The notes: generated by a model not told the origin, from the letters alone. 64,000 nucleotides of DNA from Chrysomallon squamiferum (GCA_012295275.1 CM022676.1:3596001-3660000); one strand, 5' to 3'; shown: positions 1-15,417, numbered from the stretch's first letter. Made by a program: numbers and translations.

Positions 1-79
1 TAATAATAATAATAATAAACAAAAATATTTTTGAAAAAAGTTTTGTTCTAGCAATGAAATGTGACGATGACACTGTTAA

Positions 80-115
<36 letters not shown>

Positions 116-2929
116 TTAAGTTAAAATTAAAAATTAATATAAATAAATAAAAAAAAAAAAAAAATTCAAATTAAAAAAATAATTTTAAAAATATTAAAAT
201 TTAAAAAAAAAAAAAAAAAAATTAAAGTAAAATGTACAAACGTTCAGCATTCTTACAACCATCTTGCAAAAACAAAACGTCCGACATGTGGGTCGCAGAC
301 GTCTTCATCAAGAAGCAGACGAGAACGCCGTTAATTGACAATTGTTATTTCTGAAACAGCTGATGCGCGCCGAGTCAGCCCGTTTCTTTTTCGTTTGGCC
401 TCGGCCATGTTTAATGGGCAAACCGTGTAATTAGTGGACAATGGGAAAGGAAAGAAATAATTGTTCCATTCGAAGCAGGGGCACTTTTTTTTTTTCCGCT
501 ACATGTTTATTCTGCGTAAAAACGTAGACGGTATGCGGTATATTTAAATACACTGTGAGCGATGAATGCTCAATTTATTGCCACACTTTGGTCGATAAAT
601 TATTTTAAGAAATCGAACTGTTTGTTAGCGAGCTGGTGAGAGGTAATTTCGTACAGTATCTACAGGCTGGGAGAAACTGTACCGCGAGAAATCAATCCCA
701 TAATGCCATTCCGTGCACGTGGTCGTTGTTTTGTGTGTGTCTGTTTGTCTGATCGTCTTTTTTTTTTTTTTTGTATGTGCCTGCTTAAATGAACATACAG
801 CGTCTTGAACAAAAAGCAGAAAGTTGTAATGCTTTTTCGTATTCTTTGAGATTTGTCCTTTCTCACTGCATTTCGTAGAAAAATTCAAAATATTCAAAAT
901 GACAAATTCAGACGTAACGCCGCAAGTTGCTTGTTTCTAAATCCAACCAAGGATTTGTTATTCTGCTTATACCTTCATGAACGAGTTTATGCAGAAACAC
1001 AAAGATGTAGAAGGCATAATCCTGCATTCGACTGTGTGTGTGTGTGTGTCTGTACAAGTAGAAAGATAGACAGATAGATTGACAGATAGAAAAACAAAAC
1101 TGATATATTGACAGACAGATAGGGACAGACAAATGGACAGATTGCTAAATAGATATAAAAAGAGAGAGAGAGAGAAAAAAAAGAAAGGACAAAGAGACAA
1201 GCCAGACAAATATATTGTCGAAAAGGTTTCAGTTTAGTCTCCAGAGTGTCACAGCAAAGTAAAAAGTTATCGATATTCGTCTCATGGTGTTATATCTTGT
1301 TTAATAATATCTGCACGAAGTTCAGCTCTAAACACTTCTGTGGTTGTTTTTTTTCTTTGATTGAGAATCTAATTTAAATAACTTCTTTTGAATACGGGAC
1401 ATGGCGAGCTGTCACAAAAGGAAGACTGAATCACTGGGGGAATGCTGCTGTTTGAAAGTTCATTCTTCTTCCAGCTTTGATAGAGATGATAGCCTCTCTC
1501 GATGATGTCCTATGAGAGTTTACACACACTTGTGATGCTTTTTTTTTTGTTTTTTTCACTCTCCACCAACCTGCTTGTATCAACAGATACTATGTTTATA
1601 AGGAATCGATTGAGCATCTTTAAATTGCAGTGAGGTTAATACCCAATCATTTTATATGAAAACCGTAGAATTGATCGGACGCCAGTGACAATGAAACCGG
1701 TGTCCAATGAAGGACAGAATTGGTCCGTTTCTAATGTAACCAGCCAAACATGAAATGAAATGATTTTTTTTCCCCCCAATGCGAATTAGATACACTTCAT
1801 CCAAATGGATGATATCCGCTTCAGGGTGAAAAAGTTTAATTCATCGAACTGGTTTTGTGTTGTTGTTGTTATTATTATTATTTTTTTTTTTTTCTCTCCT
1901 ATTTCAGACGACTGCAGGACTGTGATTATAAGACTCATTTTATAGCCGTGCTTTATATGCAGAAGCCCGTTATATTACCATTCAGTGCATTCCGAGACGC
2001 GATAAAGAAGACGTGTATTGTGTTTGCATTAGGTCTCGCTCGCTGGCTGCTTATTTAGAGTGGTTTGTTTGTTGTTTCTACTGTGGCTCTGATATTGCAA
2101 ATTAAAAAAAAAAAAAAAAAAAATTAAGTATGTCTAAACACATTTTACTTGTTCGGTTTTGTCAACGCTGATGGAAAAAAAAATGTCTGTTATTGATATT
2201 TATGTATTTTAAATGTTTTGTGTTGATTATACAAACACACTTTCTTCCATCTGTCCATCCATCCGTCAGTACGTACATCTGCCTGCCTGTCTGTCTGTCA
2301 TTCTCTTTCTCTATCTATATTTTTATATTTTATAACAAAAAGAACTCTTTTATCTCTTTTATTTATTTAATTTTTTACATTTATAAAAAGAAATCACATA
2401 CATTGTTTTTACTTCTTAAAAACATTGTTAGTGGATTGGCGTAATGGGCTATAAATGAGGTCACAAATAAACTATGACGTCATATCTTGTTTTTTATCCG
2501 ATTATTTACGAAGATGGCCGATCTATTTTGAACATGTTTCTGTGAATTTAATATATCTCTCTGAGAGACGCACGAATAGGACAAACAATCATAGTTATCA
2601 ACAGACAGACAGAAATACATTTGAATAAAAAAAAAAAAAATAATGGAAATGTACCAAAGGCTTTATCTCGCTTATATTACATCAGGCCTTTCATTACCAT
2701 TAACTCTTTTTCGTTTACATCTTCCTACTTGACTCTTAAACACGGAATCTCTAAAACACTGGGCATAAAAAAAGAGATTTGCAAACCGTAAGACACCCCC
2801 CCTCCCCGCTGGCTCGGGGATATGTGGGAAATACCCTCCCCACCACAAAAAAAATAAAAAAAATAAAAATAAAAATACACGCTGTATCCGCAGCATTGCT
2901 GTTTTTTTTTTTCGATTCAAAAACAAAAC

Positions 2930-3240
2930 CATCGCTGTTCGTAACGCAGCAGTCGGCGGCCATGTTGTTTTGTGTGGACTGCAAGCGGGTGGCGGGCAGT
3001 TCGTGTGGAGACACGTGAGTGACGGCGTGTCACAAACAGTGCGCTTCAAGTCGAACAGTTCTGTGAGAAAACATTTAATTATCACTAAGTACGAGCGCCG
3101 ACCTAACAAAGTCCTCACATCGAGCGCGCGCATGTCAACATGGAGAGATTGCGTTCGAGCGGCACGTTCCGAGTGTTCCGGGCATTACAACCGCAGCGCT
3201 TATTGATCCTTTCGTACTCGCGTTTTTTTTTCTCCCAGCG
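2930..3240. promoter_or_regulatory. CpG-rich island with YY1-like motif and possible donor
   Basis: GGCGGCCATGTT at 2955-2966 (YY1/Pho-type core GCCAT). E-box CACGTG overlaps a donor-like AC|GTGAGT at 3015. High CpG density relative to the flanks. Confidence 0.4.
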
Positions 3241-3559
3241 AACGACCGAAGATTTTCTTCTTTATTTTTTTTGTTGTTCTTCTTCTTCATTTCTATTATT
3301 CCCCCATTCCTTCTTCTTCTTGTTTTTTTTTTTTTTTTTTTTTTTTTGGTAACTGAAGCCGAGAGAGCACGACGAATAGTTCGTTGTTACAGTGCTTACT
3401 TATGAAAGAATTTACGACATCACGGTAGAACAGCATTAATTTTTCTAATGTAAAATCATGCAGAGGAATATTTTAAAACGCCGTGTCTGGCGAGAAGCTA
3501 TTATTTAAATCATTCGGGAAATTCGTATTATTTTTCTAAGTGGTCGTAAACGAGATCAG

Positions 3560-3594
<35 letters not shown>

Positions 3595-4589
3595 AATATA
3601 TTTTTCAAAGCTTTCGATAGAACTTTCGAAAGATATCGGGTTATTATAAAAAATAAAAAAATAGTTTCTTAAGTATTAGTACATATGTTAAAAAGATGTC
3701 GTGCAATGCATTTGAAATATATATCCACTAGTTTCTAATAATAAAAATAAATTTGAGTGATCTGAAAATAACTTTACACACTGGGAGTGGATCAGACAAC
3801 AGTGATCGTATAATAACTATGCTTAGTGTTTAAACATATATTTAATAGTATAAACCAACATCATATTCAATAAATGAATACCTAACCAGTCAACTAACTA
3901 ACTAACTCACTAACTAACTGATAATAACAAAGATAATGGTACGTTGATAATAATATAAAAATGTCACCAAATAAAAAGTAAAGAAACGACGACAACAACA
4001 ACAACAACAACAACAATAATAATAATAATCGTAATAATAATAACGAAATAATACTATTTATCTACATTTATCTATCTATTTATCTATCTATCTATTTATC
4101 TGTCTATCTATTTATCTATCTATCAACCTATCTATCTGTCTGTCTATACAAGCACTACATCATTTGTAATATAGCAGACGCTATCTGAGCTGCAGTGAAG
4201 AAAACAAATGGTAATCGTGGCTCAAGAGAAAACTCGCCTGTCTCTTTCTGTGACAGTCCTGTACACAGATCACCAAATCCGGCTTTTGTCTTGTTAACAT
4301 TACTCAAGAAAAATGATTTCCTATCGATACAGCCAAATAAGACTTTCCATCAGACGCGAATGATAATTGTACTTCGATCAGCTCTTGCGAGAATTGTCTG
4401 CGGACATTTTCACGAGGTAAATATTAATGACGTAAACGATTTGATGACGTAGGCGAATTCGGTGACGTACATTTTAGCAGGTCGTGAAGTGCAATGGTAG
4501 ACAGTTATGTACGTGTGTGTGTGTGCCCCTCATTTTTATTGACGATGATTTTGTTGTACGTTTTCTCTTTATTACTGTTTATTTATTTT

Positions 4590-4669
<80 letters not shown>

Positions 4670-5726
4670 CGTTAGTCTTGGAAACATAATGCAGACACAG
4701 TTTTTACAGCTCTCTCTAAGATGATCATCTGATATGATTTGGTTGTCTGTCTGTCTGTCTCTCGAGTAAAGCCATTGCGAGAACGACAGCCAGACAACGT
4801 ATATAACAGACGAAGACAATACAGCTAAACTTGTCTTGTTACTTTCTCTAACCTAGATTTCTCAACATAATTTATTAGTCTTACTTAACTCGAACATCGG
4901 CAAGTCACTATCGGCGTTTTACAGAAATCATCCGGGACCTTTAGACCAAGGACGATAAATCATGCATAACTAATCAGTCCTGATTAACTAAAGCCAAGTA
5001 GATATTCGTCCGGCAGCCGAACTCGGAACCTAATAACCACGGACCGTCCTCATTACACTATCGTTTAAATCAAAACAGGAACCCGGATCGATAGCTCCGT
5101 GGGTCTGGCCATTTCATTTCTCTGGGCTTCTCGTGTGCAGTAGCAATCTTTTGACCCCCGGTGCAATGTTTATCAGGACCTCCATTAAATTATTTTTTTT
5201 GTTGTTGTCGTAGCAATTATTTCGCCAACAGGACGGAGAAGCGAACAAAGTTTTGAGCAGACGATCAATTGCCGCGAACTGGAGCCGTTCCACTAATCCA
5301 TTTTGTTCGTCTGTTTCTTTTGTCCTCTTTCGCACAAAAGAAGATAGAGAAAATATCCATGTGCCGCGGCTATTGCTCGTGCACGTATGCGTCGCTCCTC
5401 GTGGGGCAGAGAGAATAAGTCAACTGGTTTTACTAAGTGGCCTGTGAATAACGCATTTCAATCAAATACAGTTGGCAAATTTGACAACAAATGCCAGCGG
5501 AAATGGCGGGCGATTGACTGACTGCCTCTGCTAAGAGCGCTGTTTTATAAGGACGATTTGTTTCCCTATTTCTCAAAGTCTTAAACACATTGATTCAACA
5601 ACACGGTTTTAACGGTTATAAATATAGCCGGTTATTTTTGATACAAAAGCAAAACAAGTTTATTGTCAGAGACTTCGAGTGCGTTGTGAGTACTTGCGTT
5701 TCCGAGTGCGGTGCTGTAATGAGGTG

Positions 5727-5869
<143 letters not shown>

Positions 5870-6519
5870 AGATATGCAGGCAAATAGACAAACTGAGAGA
5901 AAGAGACAGACATAGTACCTCAAGATATTTCTCTCTATCCATCTTTATACGTGGGAGTGTGTATATATGTGTGTGTATTTATATATATATGTGTGTGTGT
6001 GTGTGTGTATGTGTGTATGTTTGTATGTTACGTACCTATCTATATCTACCGATCGATCAGTAATAACAAATATCTCAAGCACATGTTATGACCGTGCTAC
6101 ACAATTCACTAACACTGTTTGGAACGACACATAACTTCACTCATACTCTAAAGGGATTTGAACCAGTCAATCCTGGAGCGAGGTTACTAAGAACAGAAAC
6201 TCGAGGCTGTTTCTTGTTGAGATCAGCAGTCTCAGATGATATTATCTACATTCTAGCTTTCCGTGTCTGAACGACCCGTCATCACATTGCGAAAATCAAT
6301 TTCTTTATCTCAATCAGCATCGTCTGCATGACGCCGTTAATCGTCCGGTGCAACGGCATCCACAACGTTGCTAACATAACTTAATAAGCGGGGATTTTAA
6401 CGGGTTTCTTTTTCTGACTGACTGCGTGAATGTCGCCGCTGACGTCTGATGTAGGAAAGCATTGATTTGTTTATGTGCAGCGTGGTAAACGTTTTATTGG
6501 CAAGAGACAAATATATCTC

Positions 6520-6622
6520 TTTATTTATTTATTTATTTATTTTGTTTATTTTGTTTATTTATTTATTTCAGTGCTTTTTTCTTTTCTTCTGATCTTCTTC
6601 TTTTATTTATCAATAATTGTTA

Positions 6623-6691
<69 letters not shown>

Positions 6692-6747
6692 TGATACATC
6701 AGTATCTGTTTTGTTTGTTATCTGTTTCTTTATTTGCTTGTTTGTTT

Positions 6748-6783
<36 letters not shown>

Positions 6784-6940
6784 TCGTTACTATTATACCT
6801 CGAGTTGATTATAAGGTTCATTCTTTGAATTTCATTTCTCTGTCGATCTTATTTTTGTTTTATTTATTTATTGATTATTATTTATTATTATTTTATTTTT
6901 TTTGGATTATTATTATTATTATTTTTTAAATCTATTATTA

Positions 6941-6977
<37 letters not shown>

Positions 6978-7042
6978 GTTGTTGTTATTGTTATTGTTAT
7001 ATATTGGTTTATTTGGATTATCTTTGCTTCTTTGTTTTCTTC

Positions 7043-7095
<53 letters not shown>
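6520..7095. repeat. (ATTT)n/(ATT)n/poly-T/(AAT)n low-complexity block
   Basis: Directly visible. Confidence 0.9.
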
Positions 7096-7098
<3 letters not shown>

Positions 7099-7281
7099 GG
7101 TGAAAACCCCCCAAAAAACAACAAAAAAACAGCAACATCAAAAATATCAGAGGAATTAAGACCAAAAGAACTACAACAATAATTTTAACACCTACAACAT
7201 TAAACTTCAAATACATGTTAAATGTTATTTTTTTTTTTCTGTTTTATCTTCTTTCTCCCATTTGTACCTTTTCTTCATCAC

Positions 7282-7321
<40 letters not shown>

Positions 7322-7842
7322 TTTCATTATTTCCAGAACATACGAAGTAAAAAAAAAAAAAAAAAAAAAAAACAGAACAAAGAATCAGTAAAAAAAGAAA
7401 AGAAAAAAAAAAAAAAAAAAAAAACAAGATGGAAGTCGTGCGGAGCAGTTATTTTGTCACATTTTAGTACTCGATAAACATAAATAAGAACTAACATCAT
7501 TCTGCAGGCTCGCGCAGACGAACACGCCATATGTATTCTATTCAAGGCACGAAAGCCGAGCTTCGTTTGGTCGATGCGTCATTAAAGCTTAATTAAACCA
7601 ATCAATCAAATCTCCCAGAATCTCGCTACGAAAACGCGAGATGTCATTTCCACCGACATTAGCCCGGCTTAGCAATTAAAGCTGATAAAAGGACGGTAAC
7701 TTCAGCGCTTCGCAAGAGTTGCCGTTCTTGTCTGAGACGTCATGTTTTTTTTTTTTTTTTTTTTTTTATGAGTGTGGGTCAAAGTGTTATAGTGGAATTT
7801 TTTAGTTAGTTAGTTAGTTATTATTATTATTGTTGTTGTTGG

Positions 7843-7880
<38 letters not shown>

Positions 7881-7903
7881 GTTGTTGTTATTATTATTAT
7901 TAT

Positions 7904-7935
<32 letters not shown>

Positions 7936-8189
7936 ATAGTAGTAGTAAGTAGTAGTAGTAGTTGTTGTTGTTGTAGTGGTAGTGGTGGTTGTTGTAACAT
8001 CAGTAGTATAATAGCAGTAGTAATAGTAATAGTAGTAGTAATAGCAATGATAGTAGTAGTAGTAGTAGTAAACAAGCGAATATTTAATTATTTATTTACC
8101 ATCTTTAAAATCATTAATTTTTATGGTCAAATATTAATGTTTTAATTTGAACGGATAATAATACAAAAATTAACAGTTTCTTTAATCTC

Positions 8190-8266
<77 letters not shown>

Positions 8267-8962
8267 ATATTTGTGTACAAAAATGCAATCACCAATTAAA
8301 AGATTCATATTGAAATAAAAGATAAAATGATTGGTCAATGTTCAAACGCTCTGACCAATGAACAACAACCTTCTTCATTCTAAGGCACCCTAAACAGTTA
8401 CGGAAAAACATGTATAAAGAAAATATCTAAATGAAAAAAAAAAATGTTCTGAATCGCTCCTCATAGCTAAGGATTTAATCTTCTTTTTTTTTTTTTTTTT
8501 TTTTTTTATTACGATTCAAATCTACATTACACGATGGATTTTTCAATAAATCCATAAAACAGCGAGAAGATCGGAATCGCCTTGCGTCTGGTACACAAAA
8601 CCTTCTGACGTAATCAGTATCCGTGCACCGAAAAGGTGACGCAACGAGATAAAAATATCAATAAGAGTCTTTGAAGGACTTTGAGCCAATCAATAAAGTA
8701 ATTACACAAAGACGCATTTTTCCGACTGGCCAAATATATAGCTAATAATTTCATCAACGTCGCCATTTGTTCCCGTAATTGACACCGCTTCGGGGTCGAG
8801 AATTCGGCAGCCATTTTTCTTTTCGCGGCCTCTCGAAGCGAATTAAAACTTTAATAAGACCGGTTCTCGGCCTAAATGATTTTAATTTTCGGATCTGAAG
8901 AGAGATGTTTGATCGCTGTTATAGAATCAGTGGTCCTTGTTTAATTGTTAATTTTTAATTTC

Positions 8963-8994
<32 letters not shown>

Positions 8995-9350
8995 TTTTCT
9001 TTTCTAAAATAGACTTTAACGCTGCTGCATGTTATTTTTTTTTGTTTCCTCTTCTCTCTATCTCTCTTTTTTTTCGTTTTTTTTTTTTTTTTTTTTTTTC
9101 CTGTTTAAGCTGGAGTGTAAATTTCAGTTGAGAATGGAAACGATTCCTATAGGTTACATTTGTTAAGACTAATCCTAACCTTAATGCTCTTGCAGTAATC
9201 TGTGAGTGGATGGTATTATGACTAACTCTGATTACACGAAGTTTAAATATTGTTGGATGTTATTAGGCGTCCCCTTTTAATCGAATTTTCGATTAGATGA
9301 TATAAGGAGAGAAAATGAATATCTGATACACAGAATAGAGAGGGATGGAG

Positions 9351-9419
<69 letters not shown>

Positions 9420-10549
9420 AAAAAAAGACAGAAATGTACTGTTACTGGATTCCGCACGTTAGTATGTTAGAGAGTAAGTAAGTAAAAGAAAACAAAAGTT
9501 TTGACTGCCTTTACACTCCACTGTATATAGCTCTGAGTTCAGTAGTCAGTAACAAGAATCGAACCCACTGACTACAGTTCCTGATGACACTGGCTCATCC
9601 ATTTTCAAAATCAAATAAAAAAAAAAAAAAAAAAAAATAAATTAAATAAAAAAAACCTCATAACAAACATTTTATTCATTAATCTGTTACTTTAGAAAAT
9701 TTCGGAGATGGGATTTTCTGGCAGTTTAGTGACTAAAGATTTCGCAATGGCGGGTCTAGTATAAATCTCCACAGACGGGGTGTCCCACCTTTTCGAAAAA
9801 TACCTTCCCCCAGCATACCTCGCCTGCACCTAGATCTCGGAAAAAAAAGAGATAACAGGATTATTCTCCGCAGTCTCTGTCGCTTGATTTGCTCGCAGAA
9901 GTTGCTCAATACGACGCAATGAATTTCAATAAATCGCTTTCCGAGGCAGCAACTTGGTAATGAAATTCGAAAATTCAGTTTTTTTTTTTGCCCGGTTCTC
10001 CACCCTCTGCTGCAACAGTCGCTGGCTTCTGCAGATTGGCTGACAGTCGACGAGGTTAATCTACAGATCTCTCCACGTCTGGTAATGTAGACGAAGAGGT
10101 TATTTTCAAGTTGCAGACGGACATAAAGAAATTTGACGTAATGTTGCGAGTTATAATGTGGGAAAGAATCTCGCTTGGTAGCGAATTCGCTGTTACAGTG
10201 ATGAAGATGATTGGCTACTGCATTACAGTTACAACACTTACTAATAATGTTATTGCATTTACAATTGCTACTGTTGCTGATACCACTATTACTACTGCTG
10301 CTAAACTTGTATTAATACTATTAGTATTATTAGTACTGTTCCTGCTACCATTACTACTACTAATATTACTAATACTGATACTGATACTGCTGCTACCTGT
10401 ATTACTATTACTGCTACTAATAGTTTTACTATTACTATTACTAATATATAATTAATAAAGAAAACAATAATAATAATAAGAAGAAGAATTAAGCGATTAT
10501 TTTATCGTATTTTTATTCTTGTTTTATTGTTGTTGTTGTTGTGCTTCTT

Positions 10550-10580
<31 letters not shown>

Positions 10581-10757
10581 TTATTATTATTGTTATTATT
10601 ATTATTGTTATTGTTATTTTATGTTGTAAACGAAAACAATTTTCAGAAAGTTTTTACACTGTCGATTTACGAAAGATTTTTGAAAAACTTTAAGATTTTA
10701 CGTCTCTTAAAGCCTTTCATTTATTGATATTTACAATCAAAGGATTAGAGAGAGAGA

Positions 10758-10788
<31 letters not shown>

Positions 10789-11241
10789 AAAACAAACAAA
10801 AAACATACAACATCTTCTATAAAATGAACACAGATTACTTCAGTGTTTTTTTTTTTTTGTTGTTGATTACATAAGACTGATGACAAACATCAACTGACAG
10901 AATCCACGACACTTGGTATTTTTTCTTCGAGCTCTTCAGTAGTGAAGATAATTTTTATTTTTTTATTTAATTTTGTTTTTTGAAGCGTTACATAATTTAC
11001 AATAATTTGAACGAGGTTATCGAACGATAGACCAAATAATAATCCACTCGTAGAGAATTTTTTATTTTTTTATTTTTTCCGTTGATTATTTTTAAAACAA
11101 ATGATGGAATGTATGTCACTTATTGTTAATCTGGTGCATGTGTACTGAACTGCATGGCAAGGAGTTACTTCCCTTGGATGCGCCTTTTTTTTTCTTCTTT
11201 CCTTTTGTTCTTGTTCAATCTACTTCTTTTCGCTAGGATTT

Positions 11242-11272
<31 letters not shown>

Positions 11273-11339
11273 TTCTTTCTGTTTGCTTCCATTTATATTT
11301 TGTTCCATTATCGCAAACTATTTTGTTTTTTGATGCCGC

Positions 11340-11801
11340 TGCTATTAATATCACTACTGCTACTACAACGACTACTATGACTGGTACTTCTACCACTACT
11401 GCTAATCAACTGCTACTAGTGCCATTTATACTACTGCTAATAGTACAACAATAACAACAACAACAACAACAGCAACAACTACTATTACTATATTATTACA
11501 ACTACTACTGTTACTACTACCACATTTCCTATTACTACTACTACTACTATTTTTGCTGTTACTACTACTACAACTGCTACCATTACCACTACTACTATTA
11601 CTACTGCTACTGGTACTACTACTACTACTACTACTACTACTGCTACTACTAATACAACTGCTACCATTACCACTACTACTATTTTTACTGGTACTACTAC
11701 TACTACTGCTACTACTACTACTACTACTACTATTTTTGCTGCTACCATTACCACTACTACTATTACTACTGCTACTGGTACTACTACTACTACTACTACT
11801 G

Positions 11802-11837
<36 letters not shown>

Positions 11838-12104
11838 TTTTTGCTGCTATTACTACTACGACTGCTACCATTACCACTACTACTATTACTACTGCTATCT
11901 GTACTACTACTACTACTGCTACTACTACTACTACTACTACTATTTTTTCTGCTACTACTACTATGACTGCTACCATTACCACTACTACTATTACTACTGC
12001 TACTGGTACTACTACTACTACTACTGCTACTACTTCTGCTACTACTACTACTACTACTACTACTATTACTACTACTACTACTACTGCTACTGCTACTGCT
12101 ACTG

Positions 12105-12135
<31 letters not shown>
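11340..12135. repeat. Complex (CTA)n array with recurring higher-order unit
   Basis: CTGCTACCATTACCACTACTACTATT recurs at 11574, 11658, 11739, 11862 and 11967 within ACT/ATT/GCT triplets. Confidence 0.9.
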
Positions 12136-12959
12136 GTTACTGTACTACAATACCTGACATTCACAACGCACGGCCAGCACGTAAAAGGACAGACATCACG
12201 TGACTGTTAAATTTCCCATTAACACGACAATGATCACGCTATTACCATGTGGAAAACTGATACAACGACGGCAACCATGTTAAATATAAGCAGTGAAAAA
12301 GACCCACCAGAGCATACACATCACATAATCACTGTTAATATATACAACATTGATACGGCAACGTCAGTCACGTCAGTCACGTCATATGTAATGAGACAGA
12401 ATCACGTACATTACCACGTCTAATGTTCATTACGTCACAGTTATGACATCGTCATATTTAATGTTAAGATAAACACTTGAAGAAATACAGTCTGTTTCAA
12501 GTTTCAGTCCAAAGGATAAGTAAATAACAAGGTTACCACATCTCTGACGACCACGACTACAACGTCAGCAGATATAACATCACCAACTTCTTTCCGTTTC
12601 TTTTGTTATAACGACATCTAACACTCATACGACTACAACTACAACGACGACAACTACCACGATCACAACAAGAGATACGTCCCCAACACCAACAACAAAA
12701 AAAAAAAAAAAATCTTGACAAAACTTGAAAAAAAACCCAAACAAACAAAGCTTTCTTCACGATCCTATGACCAAAACGACAACTATACGATATATATCGA
12801 CACACAAAACACCATCGCCGCATCTAACATTCACACCACCGCAACCACCGCGTCATCCCACCGCTACAGCGGCGACCGCAGGAAACCACATTAACGTCAG
12901 CGATCAGATGGAACCGACGCTAACAAATTACTTTGGCGGTTTCTGTAGACAAAACGAAA

Positions 12960-13185
12960 AACGGCCAACGAGAGCGAGCGCAGTCGCTGCCAGCAAAGCG
13001 CAGGACGTCGTTTCTTTGTCGCAGTCGCCAGCTATTCTCATCCGTCCTTTTCTCCGCTCCTTCGTATTTCCGCTCGCTATTCAGCACGTTATTGCAATCG
13101 GTAAGTCTACGGAGCAAAGCAATTGGGAAGGTAATCTGAAGCAAGGGCCACTCGGCGAGCTGGCATCCGATTTGGTCGTTCGGCG
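12960..13185 (+). other. Candidate 5' UTR / internal exon with tandem donors
   Basis: GC-rich island with no ATG in 12980-13185. Donors: CG|GTAAGT at 13101, AAG|GTAATC at 13131 and CG|GTAAGT at 13186. An acceptor-like TTTCTTTGTCGCAG ends at 13024. The sequence switches abruptly to T-rich after ~13270. Confidence 0.45.
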
Positions 13186-14437
13186 GTAAGTGCCAAGCTT
13201 GTGTGCGAGTCTGCATCATTCCCCGTGCGTTACTGCAAGAGGTTTCGTTGTGTGCGTAAGAGCGATATTTTGAATTTCTGTTTGTTTGTTTTGCTTATTT
13301 ATTTATTTATATTTTTTATATTTTTGTTTTGTTTTAGTGATTTGTTTGGGTGCTAATTTGTTTATTTGTTATTGTTATTTGATTATGTTTTAAATTTTTT
13401 TAAATTAAAATTTTTGTTTTAAACTTTGTTTTGCAATTACTGTTTAAAGGAATGTATGCGTATCAAGATTTTTTATTTATTTATTTGTTTGTTTGTTTAT
13501 TTTATTATTGGATGCTATTATGCAGCCAGTATTATAAAGGTTGCAGAGACATCTTCGTATATTATTTTCTACATTTCATAATAGTGAGAAGAATAAGACG
13601 CGAAAGAAACAGATGATGAAACAAGAGAAAGAAAGAGAGAAAAAAAAAAACCTTAAAATAAATAATAACAGCAATAACAAAACAAATACAAACTAAAACA
13701 CGCTAATACAGTTTAAATACATATTGAAAAGCACAAATAAATAATCATTATAATAATAAAAAAAAATAATAAAAAAAATAACAAAATAAATAAATACGTA
13801 TGTAAATAAGGAAATAAATAAATACAGACACTGAATGAATGAATGAATAAATAAACAAATTAAAATTTAAGAAAATAATGAATGACTATATTCGCCAGTG
13901 TATTTATTTACTTGTTTTCTTTTAGATCTCTCTCTCTCTTTCTTTTCTCTATATCTCTTTCTTTCTCTCTATCCATCTCTTTCGCTGGTACACCTCTGCG
14001 TTTGTGCCTACCTTTCTACCTTCGTTCTTTCATTCACACATTCATTGATTCTTTGCGATACCACTGACTCCTAATTACAAAACACTGCTAATCATTTTGT
14101 ACAACAATTTATACAACTCTGCGAAGAAGTTAGGTTAAATTTAAGTACATTTCATTTGTTCTTTCTTTTATTCCTTCATCTATCCACCATTCGTCTTTTG
14201 AATCATCCACAATTACATGTTCATTTCCTTCTTCCTTCCGTCCGTCCTTCTTCCATTCTTCATTCATTCTTTCAGCTTCCGTTTCCTTTGCGAAGAACTG
14301 TACCAGATGACAAATGTTCATTCATAAAATATTTTTATTTGCTTACGGTTCATTACGCCAAACATCAATACTCAATTGTTAAAATTTTAATTCGGTCATC
14401 GATTCCTGTTATGACGTAGCACAAGAATCAACCAATC

Positions 14438-14468
<31 letters not shown>

Positions 14469-15136
14469 GTTACCATTGAGCAAACGGAAGAAGGGAATTT
14501 CTGGTCTACTTCCATTTCCATTGATCGCCTCCCCCCACCCTCGCTAACTTCCTATTAGACTTGAACACAACGGCGACAGTAAATAATTCAGTGCTAACTG
14601 GCAGTTCATACAGATTGTTATCTTTGACTGGTCTTCAAGCTGACTTGTTTTCTTAAATGGTCCTTTTCACTCCAACCAGTTTTGTCTCCCATATAAAAGA
14701 GTTGTGTGTTTGTTTTGTTTTGTTTTGTTTTGTTATTAATTGTTTTTATTAATATTTTGTTTTTATGCTTATTTTTTTTTAATTTTTTTTTTTTTTTTGG
14801 TTTGTTCTATGTTCTCTGGTTTCTTTTGTTTTCTTTAATTTAATTTAATTTAATTTAATTTAATTTTAATTTAATTTTTTTATTTTTTTTTATTTTATTG
14901 TTTTTTTAATTTTTTTATATTTATTTATTTATTATGTATTTATTTATTATCTTAAATATTCTTTCATCCTTTCTCTCTTTCTTTCTTTCTTTCTTTCTTT
15001 CCATTCTCTCTTTTTCTCATCTTTTCTTTCGTTCTCCACCCAAAGCAACATCCTCTTGTTCGTCATCATATAAACATCAGTGAAATGTGAATTAAATAAA
15101 TAAAAATAAAGATGTAATCAAAATCATGACACATTT

Positions 15137-15417
<281 letters not shown>

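Noticed and set aside
11488-12157. Thr/Leu/Val-rich ORFs resembling a mucin or membrane protein
   Set aside because: (ACT)n lacks stops in several frames by construction. The same repeat occurs in both orientations across the window and has no flanking splice signals.
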